A stretch of 63,199 bases of DNA, counting the filler, from Choristocarpus tenellus KU-1152 (Eukaryota > Protista > Phaeophyceae), in the NCBI GenBank assembly GCA_964200185.2. It is 10 parts of 10 records of this genome, joined end to end, with 100 filler letters (N's around TTAATTAATTAA, not from the genome) between each part and the next. Parts side by side here need not be neighbours in the genome. Positions count along the whole stretch, not along the records: positions 60,260 to 63,199 come from CAXNAD020023499.1; 9 more parts are not named here. One strand, 5' to 3'. The position numbers and the translations under genes were made by a program. This document shows, one piece after another, positions 60,325 to 63,199 of this stretch; position 1 is the stretch's first letter; the number at the start of each line of letters is the position of its first letter. The notes beneath the pieces are model-generated. The model searched no databases. It had not been told where the DNA came from and saw only the letters and a program-made list of their open reading frames with translations.

Positions 60325-62964
60325 CTTGGATGCCCGCAAATCTAGTGTGACAACTTCAGGCTGATGTGTAATCTCCTCCATTCTCACAACCAACTTAGCA
60401 TTGGAGAGTCCGCCTTCTAAGTCCAAGCAGATCTGCTGGTTATGTGATCTCTGAGCCTTCGCCATAGTAGTTTCTGCAGAACCTGCTTAACAGACACACA
60501 CCCCAGGCCAAAAATCATTTGAAGTATTTCGGAGGGTTAAGGGAGATCAACCCAGGCGCAATAGGGAGGAGCGGTTGGATTAGATTCATTTTTGGATATC
60601 GGGGCAGGGGGATAAGGCCGCCGTGGCGTTGTTGAAGTAGCGGGCGTTGTTGAAGTAGGAATGCGTGTATACTTTATTTGCAGCACAACCTTGAATACAC
60701 TCTCCACAAAAGAACTCTCACACACACTAACAGCATCACAAGCTGCTGTACACCATGATTAGTACCAGTATCATCAGAACTCGTGTCTAGCACACAATGC
60801 ATCTATTTTGACCCACACTTCGAAGTAAATATAATGAAAACCAACCAACAACCAACACAGAAAGTGCAGATTAAAATCTGAGATGTGTTAAAACGCACCC
60901 TTAAACACCTGCGTTTCCAAGCTTGGATAGTTGTCCTTCTTGTAAGCACTGTTCACATTGTAGACCTCAAACCTGAGGTTCTGAACCTCCCCGAACAAAT
61001 ACATGCCCGTTATCTGTGTCCGGAAGCAAGGGTCCTTAGTACCAGAGACTACCTCTGTCCGACCTTTTTTATTTGTATGCATGGAGGGAGAATTTGGGGA
61101 GAGGGGTGGGCAGTTGATTAGAGCTTAACACGACCTTGTGAAAATACACACGATTGTATGTAGTACGAACTTAGACAAAAAAAAAAAATGGGAGCACCTC
61201 TAGAGCATACTAGAGAGTCCTCTCGGAGCAACATCAGTTATTCCTTCATTCACCTGCTCTAGCCAGAGATGGAGTTCAAGCGATTGGAGTGGTTGGGGGG
61301 TTAGGGAAGTCCATGTATTGCTTGTTTCCTTTTTTCTATTATTGAGATGTTTCTTGACTGCTGGCAAGGATGGGATAGATGGTACGATGGCCCTGCAAAC
61401 TCACCTAGCTCATCCCATTCTCGACCACTTGTTCTTAGCTTGACCACCACTAAGAGAGCAGACCTATTCAGCATACCTTGGGCACTACATCACGAATAGT
61501 TGGGTGTGAAGAGGGTGAATGGGCTATGAGAATTAATCATCAAAAGTTAAAGATTGTCATATGCAGTGAACACAGTGGAAAGTAGCTGGGTCATACACTG
61601 GTATACCTGGGGGAGGGGGAGAAAGACAGCAATGGAAATGAAAAGATGCCCAATGGCTTTGTGCAACAGATAGATACATCCCCTATAGATGACCACGTGT
61701 GAACATCATGCATCAAACGAGTATCAACACAGTTCATCTGATGATCAGCCCTTGGGTTCAGCTGCAGTGATACCATTTGGTCCCTCCTTAACTTTCCTCA
61801 TTTCTAATTTTTTAAATAAAAAAATATTTTCCAGGTGTCCTCAGAGAAACAAATGGACAAGAAGGAAGTCCGGTCAAAATGTGACCCCCCCACCCCCCAC
61901 CCCTTGAACTAGGGTTGAGTTTACTCTCAAAAATGCATTTATTGAATTGGTTCCAAACCTTCCTCTAACTCAGTCACAAGTACCCCCTAGTCATGATGTG
62001 AAGCTGGATCAATGAAATCGTATACGCAATGTAACTTCCGCGCACAGTTAGCATACTTTCACAGATAATTATGTGAATCCAGCTAAGGTGGAGGATGTGT
62101 TACCCAAAACAAGAAATAATCACAACTTACACATTTGATAGGCACAATAGCTGCACCCAGCAAATAGGTTCTTTCCCCGTCACAACATGCCAATGCTCAA
62201 ACAACTCAACAATGAACTGAAACTCAAGTCAACCGTGAACAAGATTTTTTGAGTAGACGATGCCATCCCTTGCTAATGATCCTCCACCCAAACCCGAGCT
62301 AGACTGCAAAATACGAGAGGTTGGCAGGGGAGTTCAGCAAGTTGTCTACACAAAGTCTACGAATCTACGTAGCACTTCGAAGTACATGAGGACCAAAAGG
62401 TCGTGGTGACTCCGTCCCTTTCGTGGAGTAAATGGTGTACAAGAGTTGCTTTGTCAACCTTTTCATTGATACAGGCACACTACAGAACTGAAATTTTCAC
62501 TCTATTGTGAACGGACATCAAATCCTCAGTTCCGAACGCAAGGAAAAGGTCAAATTACAACGAAAAAATGGTGTGTGCAGCAAAGGCAGCAACTTCTTCG
62601 ACACTAGCCATAGCTACCCAGGTGCACTTCACAATCGAGAGCAGCACGAAATTGGCTAATCTCCCATAATATCTAGTAGAGATGCTAAATACTAATGCTG
62701 AAGGTTCGATATACGCACAACAAGAAGCAGGTGTCATATCGGCCATGCTCCTCTACCCCAAAACCAAACTACCCCAACAATTTTAAGACACTGCAGGCGT
62801 TCGGCAACAAGGAATCCATCAATTGCAGTCAACGGCGTACCTTAGGTTCATACCCGAAAGGCTTATGGTCACTCTGTTCCCAAGTCCATGTTGCCTCATA
62901 AATTTCGCAGCTGCTTCTTCGGCATCCTCCTCATGCCCTCTGCAACCCATAATTTCTTTTCCAC
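60325..62964 (-). CDS. Copine-like protein, first C2 domain and start of second; partial at both ends
   Basis: complement(join(60325..60482,60899..61063,61405..61484,62841..62964)), phases 2,1,1, GT-AG. RVTISLSGMNL...WDELGRTEVV...DPCF...YLFGEVQNLRFEVYNV...LVVRMEE...VVTLDLRASK follows the copine C2A pattern (GRTEV, FEEVQxLRFxVYD). Confidence 0.82.
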
Positions 62965-63199
62965 CTGACATGCTTCACTTTGGAGTTGGGGTAGGTGAGA
63001 GCAACACTCTCCACCCCAAGAAAATAATTAATGAAAGAACCTTACAGGGTATACGTTTTGCCCTTTTGGGTTTGGCCCCGAAATCTCTATGTTAGACCCA
63101 CACCTCTTTCCTTCCAAAAAGGATGTGGGTTGTTAACGTATACTTTGTGGAAAGCATGTTTGTCTGTTATTATACCGTTAGTGCCGTATGTCATATACC

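Overview
Eukaryotic, intron-containing, repeat-rich genomic DNA. It is most consistent with a stramenopile alga of the brown-algal lineage (inference from EsV-1-7 repeat genes, TTAGGG-type repeats, GT-AG introns and a CRE-like retroelement fragment). The window is ten contig pieces joined by nine artificial 100-bp linkers (N44-TTAATTAATTAA-N44), so adjacency across linkers is not established. Spliced genes reconstructed by hand: two convergent EsV-1-7 (Cys/His) repeat genes, one with a His-rich tail and one with a Gly/Met-rich minisatellite domain; 5' parts of a syntaxin, coatomer epsilon and a GH36 raffinose synthase/Sip1-type gene; the 3' part of a single-pass membrane protein; a copine-like gene whose first C2 domain lacks the canonical Ca2+-binding aspartates; and a candidate unknown gene interleaved antisense with the syntaxin. 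There are three intact tRNA genes. Two identical Asp-GTC genes head a long inverted duplication. One Gln-CTG gene has a 5'-truncated RLE-type retrotransposon inserted 14-21 nt upstream and a duplicated 3' trailer. Several MITE/foldback families, degenerate LINE-like relics and satellites make up the rest. No CRISPR array or rRNA was seen.
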